Positions 17,483 through 25,762 of a DNA stretch of 28,058 nucleotides are shown piece by piece. The first letter of the stretch is position 1; each line of letters begins with the position of its first letter. The position numbers and the translations under genes were made by a program. The notes below the pieces were generated by a model. It saw only the letters and a program-made list of their open reading frames with translations, had not been told where the DNA came from and ran no database searches. Origin of the DNA: a virus (Duplodnaviria; Caudoviricetes); IMG/VR virus record IMGVR_UViG_3300015360_000159, positions 1-28,058 of that record; one strand, 5' to 3'.

Positions 17483-17928
17483 GAGTCCGCCGCGATCGGG
17501 GACAGTGTCAGAGTGTAGTGCAACGCCTGGTCACTTTTGACGCTTGTGAGCCGATAGAGCGCGCCTTCGGGGAACTCGGGGCCTGTGACGGTGAAGTGCA
17601 GAAGCTCGCCCGTCTCAATCGCTGAGCCCGTGATCGTCGCGAGGAGCGTGCCGCCGCCCGTGAAGGCCGGCGTGATAGGCCCTAGCTCGATGGTGCCCTT
17701 CGGCATGCCGCCGAGAGTTAATTGCTCATCGTTCAGGAACCGAAGCTTCGGCGCAAATCCACCGTGCTCGAGAATAGAAGTGGTGACCGTGCCCGCGTCG
17801 CCTTCGAGGCCGTAAGCGCCAGAGAGAGAGCGAACCGATACCGTGACCGTGTAGGGCCGCAAGCCAAGCTGCCCCGGGATCGCCCGCACGCGACTGACAA
17901 TGCTGAGGAGGTCGGATGCGAGGGTCAT
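17479..17928 (-). CDS. Putative head-closure (stopper) protein
   Basis: 149 aa, beta-rich, at the position expected for a gp16/FII-like protein. Confidence 0.55.
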   Translation of the reverse strand: MTLASDLLSIVSRVRAIPGQLGLRPYTVTVSVRSLSGAYGLEGDAGTVTTSILEHGGFAPKLRFLNDEQLTLGGMPKGTIELGPITPAFTGGGTLLATITGSAIETGELLHFTVTGPEFPEGALYRLTSVKSDQALHYTLTLSPIAADS

Positions 17929-17931
17929 TGG

Positions 17932-18363
17932 CTAAACCTGAATGAGTTCAACACCCGCGCGAATGAGCTGCGGATGGATCTCTTGCATGACCGTCCGCAC
18001 GCCCTTGCCCATCGAGATATGGCCGGGCTTGAGAGGTCCAAAAGTTTGGTGGCGATAGATGACTAAGTCAGCGGGCGCGTCGTTACGGACCGCGACCCAT
18101 TTACGCATGGCGCGCGCCGCCTGGACGCCCTCGATTATCCAAGGGCCAGCGTCCGCCATCATGTCCGCGAGGTGTTGTGACGACTCGGACCAGCCGAGAT
18201 GCTGAATGTCGTCCGAGCTAATCAACCGCCGCCCCGTCAGGGCTGCTAGTTGCCGCGCTAGCGTTGTTTTGCCCGTGTGGGGACCGCCAACCAAGACAAT
18301 GCGGTGATGCTTGCTTGAGAGCTTCAGGGCCGCCGGGAATGGCGGCTGGGCAGAAGGGCTCAG
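17932..18363 (-). CDS. Small P-loop NTPase, nucleotide (adenylate) kinase-like fold
   Basis: 'RIVLVGGPHTGKTTLARQLA...LISSDD...PWIIEGV'. The frame stays open upstream of the track's TTG 18294, and a CTG at 18363 overlaps the preceding TGA. The start is uncertain. Confidence 0.75.
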   Translation of the reverse strand: MSPSAQPPFPAALKLSSKHHRIVLVGGPHTGKTTLARQLAALTGRRLISSDDIQHLGWSESSQHLADMMADAGPWIIEGVQAARAMRKWVAVRNDAPADLVIYRHQTFGPLKPGHISMGKGVRTVMQEIHPQLIRAGVELIQV

Positions 18364-18770
18364 CCGAGCCTCAGCGCTACCGATAGGTCCCGAGTGTCAC
18401 CGAAGTAGTCACCGTTGGGCAGATACTCGTCAACGCCAAGGGCCCGCGCGATGCGCTTGATCAGCATGCGCCCACGAGCGATAGCGCTCACCCGTGATTC
18501 GGAGCCGGACGAGCCAGCCGAGTCGTAAAATTCGACCTCATCGACCTTCTTTAGGGGCCCGTAGGAATAGGACCCTGATGTCGCTGTCGTCGCCAACGCC
18601 GTATCAATCAGCGTCAGCTCGGAGAGCCACAGAGCCAGCTCGGCTTGGTCGGTTGCATCTGTGCCGACCTTGTCGAGCATTGACTCTAGGCGCGTGTTTT
18701 TGTCGAAAAAGCCAAACGCTACGCCGAGGTACTTGCGCACGTCTTTCTTCTGCGCAGCGGTAAGTGCCAT
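18360..18770 (-). CDS. Putative head-tail adaptor protein
   Basis: 136 aa, helical, 'LTAAQKKDVRKYLG' N-terminus, located after the capsid and accessory genes. Confidence 0.6.
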   Translation of the reverse strand: MALTAAQKKDVRKYLGVAFGFFDKNTRLESMLDKVGTDATDQAELALWLSELTLIDTALATTATSGSYSYGPLKKVDEVEFYDSAGSSGSESRVSAIARGRMLIKRIARALGVDEYLPNGDYFGDTRDLSVALRLG

Positions 18771-18776
18771 GGCCGA

Positions 18777-19265
18777 TTATTTAGAGCGCTTCTGATTCAC
18801 GGCTTCTGACTTGATTGCCCGCTCTTCGGCGAGCGTCGCTTGCTTGGCGGTGTCGGCAAGCAAGTCTTCGGCGGCTTTCTTGTCATCGAGTGCCGACTCC
18901 AGGAAGCGCTCAAGCTCGGCGTTTCTCGCAAGAGACTCCTGAACTTTTGTGTTCATCTTGCTGAGTTCCTCGTGAGTCTCATCGAGCTTTTCCTTGGCCG
19001 CTCGCTCGGAGGCTTGCGCATCCGCAATCTGTTCACGGAGTGCGCTCAGCTGCTCGTCGCGCGTCGCCTCTTGCTCGGCCTGCACCTGATACTTGGCGCG
19101 AGTCTCAGGCGCTACCGGTACCGTGCCCAAAGGCAAGCCGTAGGCCATAGCGACCTCCACCAGCTTGCCGGGGACATCGACAGAGCCCCATGCGTCACAA
19201 GCGAACGTCTTCGCACCGAGCTCGAAACTTAAGGCTCGTTTAGTTTGGTTGTAGAGTGTGGGCAT
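18777..19265 (-). CDS. Hypothetical coiled-coil protein
   Basis: 162 aa with a short beta-like N-terminal domain and a long Glu/Ala/Lys-rich heptad region. Confidence 0.7.
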   Translation of the reverse strand: MPTLYNQTKRALSFELGAKTFACDAWGSVDVPGKLVEVAMAYGLPLGTVPVAPETRAKYQVQAEQEATRDEQLSALREQIADAQASERAAKEKLDETHEELSKMNTKVQESLARNAELERFLESALDDKKAAEDLLADTAKQATLAEERAIKSEAVNQKRSK

Positions 19266-19282
19266 GAGGTTCTTTCGAGGGT

Positions 19283-19813
19283 TTATGCGGAAACGAGATC
19301 GATGAACGCGATGCTGGGAGCCGATGCAAAGTGCAGGTTAAAGTCTGCCTTTATCTCAGTGAGCAGCGTGTTAAGCGATGCCTGATCTGACGCATCAGTA
19401 GCGGCGATGGCGTTGGCGCCGTCATTGGTGAAGTGCACCGACGCCGCTGAGCGGTGAGTGTTGAACGCCGCCTTGAGAGCGTTGGCCAACGTGATACCCG
19501 TAGCGAGATCGGTAGCGGTAGCCGTCGCGACTTGCGCCGAGACTGCTGAATCATGAGCGACCGTGTCTGCGAAGTGCAGATTTAGCACCGTCTTGGCGTT
19601 GTTAACCAGAGCAACGGATGTTGCCAGGTCGGTTGACGCCGCCGCCGTCACAGTGAGAGCCACGGTGGTGGGTGCTGTGTAGTCGGCCGAGTTAGATGTG
19701 GACGTTTTATCCAAGTGGAAAAACGTGCTGATATCCTCGGCGATGCGCTGATTGTGAGCCGCTATGAGAGCGAACATCATCGCGTCAGGAGTTTTGCGAG
19801 TCTTGAAAGCCAT
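19283..19813 (-). CDS. Putative capsid decoration/accessory protein with three His-containing repeats
   Basis: 176 aa, Ala/Thr-rich, directly after the major capsid gene. Repeats end in LNLHF, FNTHR and FNLHF. Confidence 0.65.
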   Translation of the reverse strand: MAFKTRKTPDAMMFALIAAHNQRIAEDISTFFHLDKTSTSNSADYTAPTTVALTVTAAASTDLATSVALVNNAKTVLNLHFADTVAHDSAVSAQVATATATDLATGITLANALKAAFNTHRSAASVHFTNDGANAIAATDASDQASLNTLLTEIKADFNLHFASAPSIAFIDLVSA

Positions 19814-19832
19814 GCTCAGTCAACCTTTCGGA

Positions 19833-20837
19833 TTAGACTTGGACGTTCTTGCGCATGCCGCAGCTCTTCGGCTTCTTGACCACAAGCTGCATGGTCGAGA
19901 GGACCTGCGCGCGGTCGGCCGGGCCGAGCTTCGCGAGCATCGAGTAGCTGAAACCAAGCGGCACGGAGCCATAACCGTCATCCGCAACCACTTGGTTGTA
20001 GACCTCGGGAGGCATTGAGCTGTCGGGCAGGTATTCGATGTGCACGTTCGCGGTGTTGAGGTAGTAGATGCGGTTCACCGTGGCCCTGTAGGCCTTGACG
20101 AACATGCAACCATCAACCTCGATGCCTTCGAAGCCGGCGTCCAACATGATTTGACCACGGGAGGTGTTCATCATGGTGTAGCGACGGTTGGCGTCGAACA
20201 GGTTGGCTACAGCGTTGAACACCGCGGTGCTGCAAACGGCAACATCCGGAGCTTCGCCCGATGCATCGCCGATTGCGCCGATGTCACTTCGAATCTGTGC
20301 AATCGTCGGAGCGGTTAGGGCGCCCGGGTCGACCACAGTTGACTGCCAATAGGTGTCAGCGGTCTTGTCGATGGTGGCGTAGGTGTTGCTGTTGTCACCG
20401 ATGGCGACGTCAAGCCCAGCAATGGTGGTGCCGGTGCCGGCTCCGGTGAACATCGCCTGCTCCAGGAGATCGGCGAGCGTCGCGGAAGCGTTAACCTGGT
20501 TGCGTGCCCACAGATTGCGATTACCCTCGGGGCTAGAAGCTCCGGCGGAAGCGTCCATGGCGAGCTTGGTGATGTGGAAGTTGGCTCGATAGAGACCCCA
20601 CGACAGGATCGCATCGTTCTGCGAGTCGCTGCCGAAGTTGGCCGCTACTGCGCCGTCGATGTGATTCTCTGCGATTGAGCCGCTGCCCTCGGCAACCCAG
20701 GCAACGTTTTTGCCAGCGCCGGGGACAATCTGAAGCAGTTTGAGCAGAGTCACTCGGCGGTTGATCTGCCGAATAACGTCGCCGCGGTACTCTTGGGCGT
20801 TAACTACGAGTGATAGGGTCTGGGGAGCATCAGCCAT
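19833..20837 (-). CDS. Major capsid protein (HK97 fold)
   Basis: 334 aa after the scaffold gene. 'LADLLEQAMFTGAGTGTTIAGL', 'TYATIDKTADTYWQS', 'GFEGIEVDG', 'RIYYLNT' and C-terminal 'QLVVKKPKSCG' fit phage coat proteins. Confidence 0.9.
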   Translation of the reverse strand: MADAPQTLSLVVNAQEYRGDVIRQINRRVTLLKLLQIVPGAGKNVAWVAEGSGSIAENHIDGAVAANFGSDSQNDAILSWGLYRANFHITKLAMDASAGASSPEGNRNLWARNQVNASATLADLLEQAMFTGAGTGTTIAGLDVAIGDNSNTYATIDKTADTYWQSTVVDPGALTAPTIAQIRSDIGAIGDASGEAPDVAVCSTAVFNAVANLFDANRRYTMMNTSRGQIMLDAGFEGIEVDGCMFVKAYRATVNRIYYLNTANVHIEYLPDSSMPPEVYNQVVADDGYGSVPLGFSYSMLAKLGPADRAQVLSTMQLVVKKPKSCGMRKNVQV

Positions 20838-20898
20838 GTTGGGCCTTCTTTTTCTGCCCGCGGAGGGGCTTTATGGGCACCGCGGGCGGTGCGTTGGG

Positions 20899-21633
20899 TT
20901 AGAGATTGAATCGAGCTTTCAGAGCACTTTCGCGCTCAATGGCTCGGTGGGCTTTTTCATTGTCGGTCGTCGCGGGCTGCTCGTATCGAGGCATCCCGTC
21001 ACTCCCGCGAGTGAGCTGTCTTGGCGCTTGGCCGCGGTTGGCACCGGGCGCAGGGGCAGGGGCCGGCACGAAGATCTTCGCGTCGTCGGATTGCAGCCAA
21101 TGCTTCACACCGTCCGCTAAAGGCATCTGCATGTCTTCTTCGGGCATGCCGTGGCCTGGTGAGCGTCGAGTGCGAAAGAAGGGCGTGCCGTCCTCGTCGA
21201 AGCCGATGCGTTTCTCCGCGTCGAACAAGAGCTTGGCTGCCATGTCGGTAGCTCCGGGCGCTACGCCTGCGCTTAGAGCGGCTTTGAGAGCGCTCCGGGC
21301 TGACTCATCGCGGCTACGCTGCACGGCCTCCGAGCGCGCTTGCTCGCTCTTCACTAGGCTGGCCTCGAGCTGCTTTGCCTTGTCCTCCAGCGCGACTAGG
21401 CGCGGGTCAACAGTGCGTGGCTTGTGCTCGCCTTCGGGCGCTTCGGTAGGCACTGCTGCCTTGAGCGCGTTGGCGATCTTCTCATCGAGCTTGAGGCCCT
21501 CGATTGATGCCGTTAGTTCCTTCTGGAGCTTCTTGCTGTGCGCTGTAATTGCACCGGTCACCATCGCAGCTACTTCCTCCGCGGTGATGTATTTGGGCGT
21601 GTTCGTGTCCGGAGACTCGTTTTCGGATGGCAT
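20899..21633 (-). CDS. Capsid scaffolding protein
   Basis: 244 aa, coiled-coil with a Pro/Gly-rich C-terminal linker, immediately upstream of the capsid gene. SD-like AAGGTG precedes the ATG. Confidence 0.8.
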   Translation of the reverse strand: MPSENESPDTNTPKYITAEEVAAMVTGAITAHSKKLQKELTASIEGLKLDEKIANALKAAVPTEAPEGEHKPRTVDPRLVALEDKAKQLEASLVKSEQARSEAVQRSRDESARSALKAALSAGVAPGATDMAAKLLFDAEKRIGFDEDGTPFFRTRRSPGHGMPEEDMQMPLADGVKHWLQSDDAKIFVPAPAPAPGANRGQAPRQLTRGSDGMPRYEQPATTDNEKAHRAIERESALKARFNL

Positions 21634-21763
21634 TGTTATTCACCTTTGGCCAGTGTTTGGCCGGTGCTATGCAATTGGTCCAGCGTTGCATCGTCGCTGC
21701 TAAGTCACTGTTGGGGCCGTGACTTCGGTGGCCGTTTCGGAACTTGAATGGTTGGATTGGTCG
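21634..21763 (-). promoter_or_regulatory. Structured 5' leader of the scaffold gene (three tandem hairpins, the last pairing with the SD)
   Basis: Minus strand: AAGTCAC/GTGACTT, ATGCAA/TTGCAT, and CACC-GGCCA/TGGCC-AAA-GGTG. Confidence 0.45.
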
Positions 21764-22372
21764 TTAAGCTAAATAGACGGTGACGCCGGCCGTTGTCGGC
21801 ACAGCAAGCGCGGTGCTGGTCAGGATGCGACTCGCGCCCAAGCGCTTCGGTGTACCCACGAGCGCAGCCGCGACAGGCACAGCGTCCGCTATGGCTTGCG
21901 AACCTTCGCCGTACTGCACATTGATGGTGCCGGCTGCTGCGATTTCCACGCCCTCAAACTTGTCAGCAAACGGAGCGCAGATGTCCTGTACGCCGATCTG
22001 AAAAGCGCCGGCCGTGCTGACCTGAGCCGGGAACGCGACGGAGTCGAGAATGTCGAAGGCTTGGGTACCGCGCAGAATGGTGTTTCCGTTCGCATCGGGA
22101 GGCGTCAGCGTCTCGGTTACGGTTGCGCCACCGCGCTTACCCGTTAGCGTGATAGCGGACGCAACGTAGGCGCCCACGCTGCTGGAGAGCGAGATAGTAA
22201 CGGTGCGTGGCAAATCAAGTACGCCCGTGGTGGCGCCGATCGCTGTCCCGTTGAAATCGGTCGCCTTCAGATACGTGATAGGCGCGGCCACCGTGGCAAT
22301 CGAGGTCTTGATCCCGTTGACCTTCGCAACGTCGGCGGCGGCATAGGTTTTCGTGCGTCGTGCGGTTTTCAT
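21764..22372 (-). CDS. Putative virion structural protein (Thr/Ala/Gly-rich, beta-rich)
   Basis: About 202 aa from ATG 22372, between portal and scaffold, with 'DLPRTVTIS...ITLTG..G..VTETL...GTQAF'. Confidence 0.65.
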   Translation of the reverse strand: MKTARRTKTYAAADVAKVNGIKTSIATVAAPITYLKATDFNGTAIGATTGVLDLPRTVTISLSSSVGAYVASAITLTGKRGGATVTETLTPPDANGNTILRGTQAFDILDSVAFPAQVSTAGAFQIGVQDICAPFADKFEGVEIAAAGTINVQYGEGSQAIADAVPVAAALVGTPKRLGASRILTSTALAVPTTAGVTVYLA

Positions 22373-22377
22373 AGGAC

Positions 22378-23985
22378 TCAAAAGGGCATGTTGGGTCGGG
22401 GCTTAATGCCGCCAGGGGGACCAAAGGGTTTCTTGTCGCCAGAGCCGCCCGGACCGTCCTTGGGCTTGTTCAGCGCTGCCTTCATCATGTCGGCCTGCTC
22501 TTTCTCGGCCTTCGCCTCCTTGAGCTTGGCCTCGGCAATGCCGGCCTTGATCTCTTCGCGCACAATCTGCTTGGTGGCCTCGTCCATGTCGGGCAAGAGG
22601 CTCTCGGCGAGGCGCGTTTTCATCTGCGTGTTGAACGTGTCGGATGGGATGCCGCCCGTCTTCTCAACCACCTCGAGAGTGTCGACCAGGCCGCTGATGT
22701 CGGCCGCTGCGAAGTCGTCTAGGCCCTCGATTGACCATGTTAACTTGTCGCCGCGTGCGGCGCTGATTAGCTGGTAGGTCTTCTCGATTGCCTCTTTGAC
22801 GAGCCGGGAGAACGAGAGCAGAACAACCCGCGTTGCCTCAGCGTCGGCGGCCTTGCTCTCTCCGCTGCGCCCTACGGAGGCGGCGTTGTTCTCGACTCCG
22901 AGCGCCATCGTGTGGGCGACTCGGAAGATTTCATCCTTGTGCTCTTTGATGGCATCACCAAGCGCGGCATAAGGCGCGGTCGGCGGCGACAACCACTCAA
23001 CGGACTCTTCTGCGCCTAACATCAGACCGTAGCCAGCGCCCATGCGAGGCGGGTTAGTCATGTCGAGCAGCTTGTACAGCGGCTGCGCGTAGCAGGTCGT
23101 GAAGAGTCCCCACTGTTGCGCGTTGGAAAGTCGAAAGTGCGCCAGCTGCGGCGTCTTGAGGTGCGATGCCAGCCAGAGCTCGCTCGGCAACTCCAAGCAA
23201 ACGAGCGGCACGGCGCCGAAGCGATGTGGCGTCGAACTAACGAGCGGCACGTTATCTTCGGCCGTTGGACGCCTGTCCGAGCGGTACGTGATCTGATAGA
23301 CGTCGACTCTGTCAGCCTGGATGTGATCCCAGTACTCGGTGATTAGGTCGTGACTTGAATCGAGGCTCTCGCGGTGTCGCTGGGAGCTGAACACCAGCGC
23401 CCAAGCCAGGTTGCCTGTCTCGTCCGTGTCCCAATCGAGGAGCTGCTCGTGCTTGACGCTGGAGAGCCAAACGCGGTCAAGGCCGAGCGCCTCATGCTGC
23501 GCCATGTTCGCCGGTTGCTCATCGCCGGTGCCGGCGTGATGCAGGCGCACCCAGGCGTAGCCCGCAACCATGGCGTCGGTGAGCGTGCTCTTGAACAACG
23601 CATCGAGGTCGCGGCCCGTGCGGTCGCAGTCCTCACGAAGCTCGGAATAGAATGGCGGGGCCTCGAAGACGGCCGCGTCGCCCGCGGGAACCGCTGAGCC
23701 GTCGCTCTTGACGGCCTTGTCCGCCTTTTGGCTAGCGACAGCGTTAGGGCGCGAGCTGAAAAGCAGCGCGGTAAAGAAGCCCACGATAGGGCTCACGTAG
23801 TTGCGGTAGGTGTATTCCTTGACCCGCAACTCGTAGAAGTTACCGGGCTCATGCGGACGCATCGGCAGAAAGCGGCCGAGCCGAGCCTCGAACGATTCAC
23901 CGCCAGCGTAGAGCGCACGCAGGTCCTTCAGCTGTTCCAAGTTAACGCCGGGATGACGCCTGTTGAGCTGCTGAATGGTGGGCAT
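22378..23985 (-). CDS. Portal protein
   Basis: 535 aa directly after the large terminase, with 'LRALYAGG...YRNYVSPIVGFF', 'QLLDWDTD', 'HRFGAVPLV' and 'RSGESKAAD'. Confidence 0.88.
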   Translation of the reverse strand: MPTIQQLNRRHPGVNLEQLKDLRALYAGGESFEARLGRFLPMRPHEPGNFYELRVKEYTYRNYVSPIVGFFTALLFSSRPNAVASQKADKAVKSDGSAVPAGDAAVFEAPPFYSELREDCDRTGRDLDALFKSTLTDAMVAGYAWVRLHHAGTGDEQPANMAQHEALGLDRVWLSSVKHEQLLDWDTDETGNLAWALVFSSQRHRESLDSSHDLITEYWDHIQADRVDVYQITYRSDRRPTAEDNVPLVSSTPHRFGAVPLVCLELPSELWLASHLKTPQLAHFRLSNAQQWGLFTTCYAQPLYKLLDMTNPPRMGAGYGLMLGAEESVEWLSPPTAPYAALGDAIKEHKDEIFRVAHTMALGVENNAASVGRSGESKAADAEATRVVLLSFSRLVKEAIEKTYQLISAARGDKLTWSIEGLDDFAAADISGLVDTLEVVEKTGGIPSDTFNTQMKTRLAESLLPDMDEATKQIVREEIKAGIAEAKLKEAKAEKEQADMMKAALNKPKDGPGGSGDKKPFGPPGGIKPRPNMPF

Positions 23986-24000
23986 CGTGGAGGAGAAAAC

Positions 24001-25395
24001 TTAGCTAGGAACGAATCCGCGCGGTTGCTCGCCCGCCGCTGCTTCGAGCGCCAGGGCTAACGCCCATGCGCGGTCCGCGTGACCGTCCCGGGTGCGGGGC
24101 GCGTCGTAAGTGACGTTGTTCGAGCTGGTGACGATTCGCTGAATCGAGCAAACGTCGTTGCGAATAGCGAGCGCGATGCCGGGTGGTGGGTTTGATTGCT
24201 GAAGGCAGTGGTCTGCGGACGCTAGCTTGATGCCGCGTTCCGCGAAGGCTGTGTAGAGCCTGGTGGCAAGCTCGGCCTTTTTCTGCAGAGTGAACACAAC
24301 GGGGGAGACCCGATAGTGCCCGTGCTTTTTGCGCATTCGGTCGGCCGGGAACGTGCCCATGCCGGTCGCGTCAACCGCAAGCTTTGTGACACCCGACTTG
24401 AATGCCCGGTCGACCATGGCCTCGAGCTCGTCGGAGTCTGTGCGCCTTATCACCTCGACAGAGTGAGTCCAGCAGACTTTGCCGACCCGTCGCACCGTGT
24501 AGAGCACGCTCAGGTCGACTTCCTTGCCGATGTCCAGACCGCCGTAGAGGTTGCCTGCCCCGCTCGTGCCAAGGTCTTCGGCGAGCGAATCGGTGACTAG
24601 CTCGGTCGGGATGTATTGGAGAGCGCCATCGAGAAACGAGCACTCGTACAGCTGACTAAACACCCGCGGGTCGTTGAGCGCGTTGGTCCAAAGTTCGACC
24701 ATGTCGACGCGAAACCCATCATCGAGGGCGCGTTGTAGCGGAATCTCGTGGTGCTTCCAGCCGGAGCCAGCCTTGGCATCCGTGCACAGAAGGTGAAACT
24801 TGTTGCCGACTCCGTTGGGCGTCGAAGCTACGCGAGCTCGGAAGTTGCCGAGCGAAGTGGAGGGCATCGTTGCGTCCCAGACCTTATCCGGATGGTCGTG
24901 GTAAGCGAACTCATCAAGGAACAGGTTGCCAGCAAATCCTCGGCCGCCTGAGCTCGGAAGCGCCAACATGCGCCCGCCAGAAACGAAGTCCACAGCTCGT
25001 GCACTGTCTCTCCGATCCTTGGCGGCAAGGGAGCAGCCGAGCTCCTCAAGCACCCTGCGATGCGTGGCCGCCATCTCGAGCACTTCGCTCGACTCAAGCT
25101 GGCCTCTAGAAATGATCGTGGTGTGTTCGCCATGAAAGACTCCCCAGAGGAGCCCTACCGCGGCGGTTGAATGGCTGATGCCGATCTGACGGCTCTTGTT
25201 AACTACCGCCTTGCGGGCGGGCTCAAGAATCCATTCGAGCTGATAGGCGTAGAAGGTCGACAGCCAGGCGACGAGCGCGCTGTAGTCACGCGTCTTGCCC
25301 TGAGAGTTTAGCGCGTCCCGGTAGCGCTCAATCGTCGCTCGGTGCGGGATCAACCTGGACGGCAGCGTGCTGTCCAAAGGCTGCACGGATGGCAT
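24001..25395 (-). CDS. terL: Terminase large subunit (Mu gp28-like)
   Basis: Walker A 'NKSRQIGIS', Walker B 'LFLDEFAY', coupling motif 'STPNG', and nuclease motifs 'GLDIG', 'VDATGMG' and 'GHADRAWALALA'. Exact start uncertain. Confidence 0.95.
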   Translation of the reverse strand: MPSVQPLDSTLPSRLIPHRATIERYRDALNSQGKTRDYSALVAWLSTFYAYQLEWILEPARKAVVNKSRQIGISHSTAAVGLLWGVFHGEHTTIISRGQLESSEVLEMAATHRRVLEELGCSLAAKDRRDSARAVDFVSGGRMLALPSSGGRGFAGNLFLDEFAYHDHPDKVWDATMPSTSLGNFRARVASTPNGVGNKFHLLCTDAKAGSGWKHHEIPLQRALDDGFRVDMVELWTNALNDPRVFSQLYECSFLDGALQYIPTELVTDSLAEDLGTSGAGNLYGGLDIGKEVDLSVLYTVRRVGKVCWTHSVEVIRRTDSDELEAMVDRAFKSGVTKLAVDATGMGTFPADRMRKKHGHYRVSPVVFTLQKKAELATRLYTAFAERGIKLASADHCLQQSNPPPGIALAIRNDVCSIQRIVTSSNNVTYDAPRTRDGHADRAWALALALEAAAGEQPRGFVPS

Positions 25396-25762
25396 TAGCG
25401 GCTTGCTCCGGGGTTGCGTGGGTGATGGCCGTATCTATCTGCCCCGAGTGCTCGACCTGCTGCGTCGCCCCCCACTCTTTCTTGAAGCGTCGCTCAAGAA
25501 TCCAAGCGTGGGCCTTCCAATCGTTGGTGCCGGCCTTCGTGATGCTCGCCACGAGCTTGCGCGCGTAGTCGGCCTCCTCCTTGAGAAAGCGGTCAGCGAA
25601 GGCTGTATAGAATTCGTCGCCCTCTGATGCGCTGTGGAGCCAGCTTCGAAGCGTGGCCGATGTAATACCAACAGCCGCGCAAGCGTGCTCCCTAGGGGCG
25701 CCTAGCCGCATTGTCGCGAGGATAGATGCCTCAAGTTCAGGCGTTAGCTTTTTGCGGTTCAT
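25328..25762 (-). CDS. terS: Terminase small subunit
   Basis: 144 aa with an N-terminal HTH 'KLTPEL...ACAAVGITSATLRSW' and 'DWKAHAWILERRFKKEWG...VEHSG'. Directly upstream of TerL. Confidence 0.8.
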   Translation of the reverse strand: MNRKKLTPELEASILATMRLGAPREHACAAVGITSATLRSWLHSASEGDEFYTAFADRFLKEEADYARKLVASITKAGTNDWKAHAWILERRFKKEWGATQQVEHSGQIDTAITHATPEQAANAIRAAFGQHAAVQVDPAPSDD

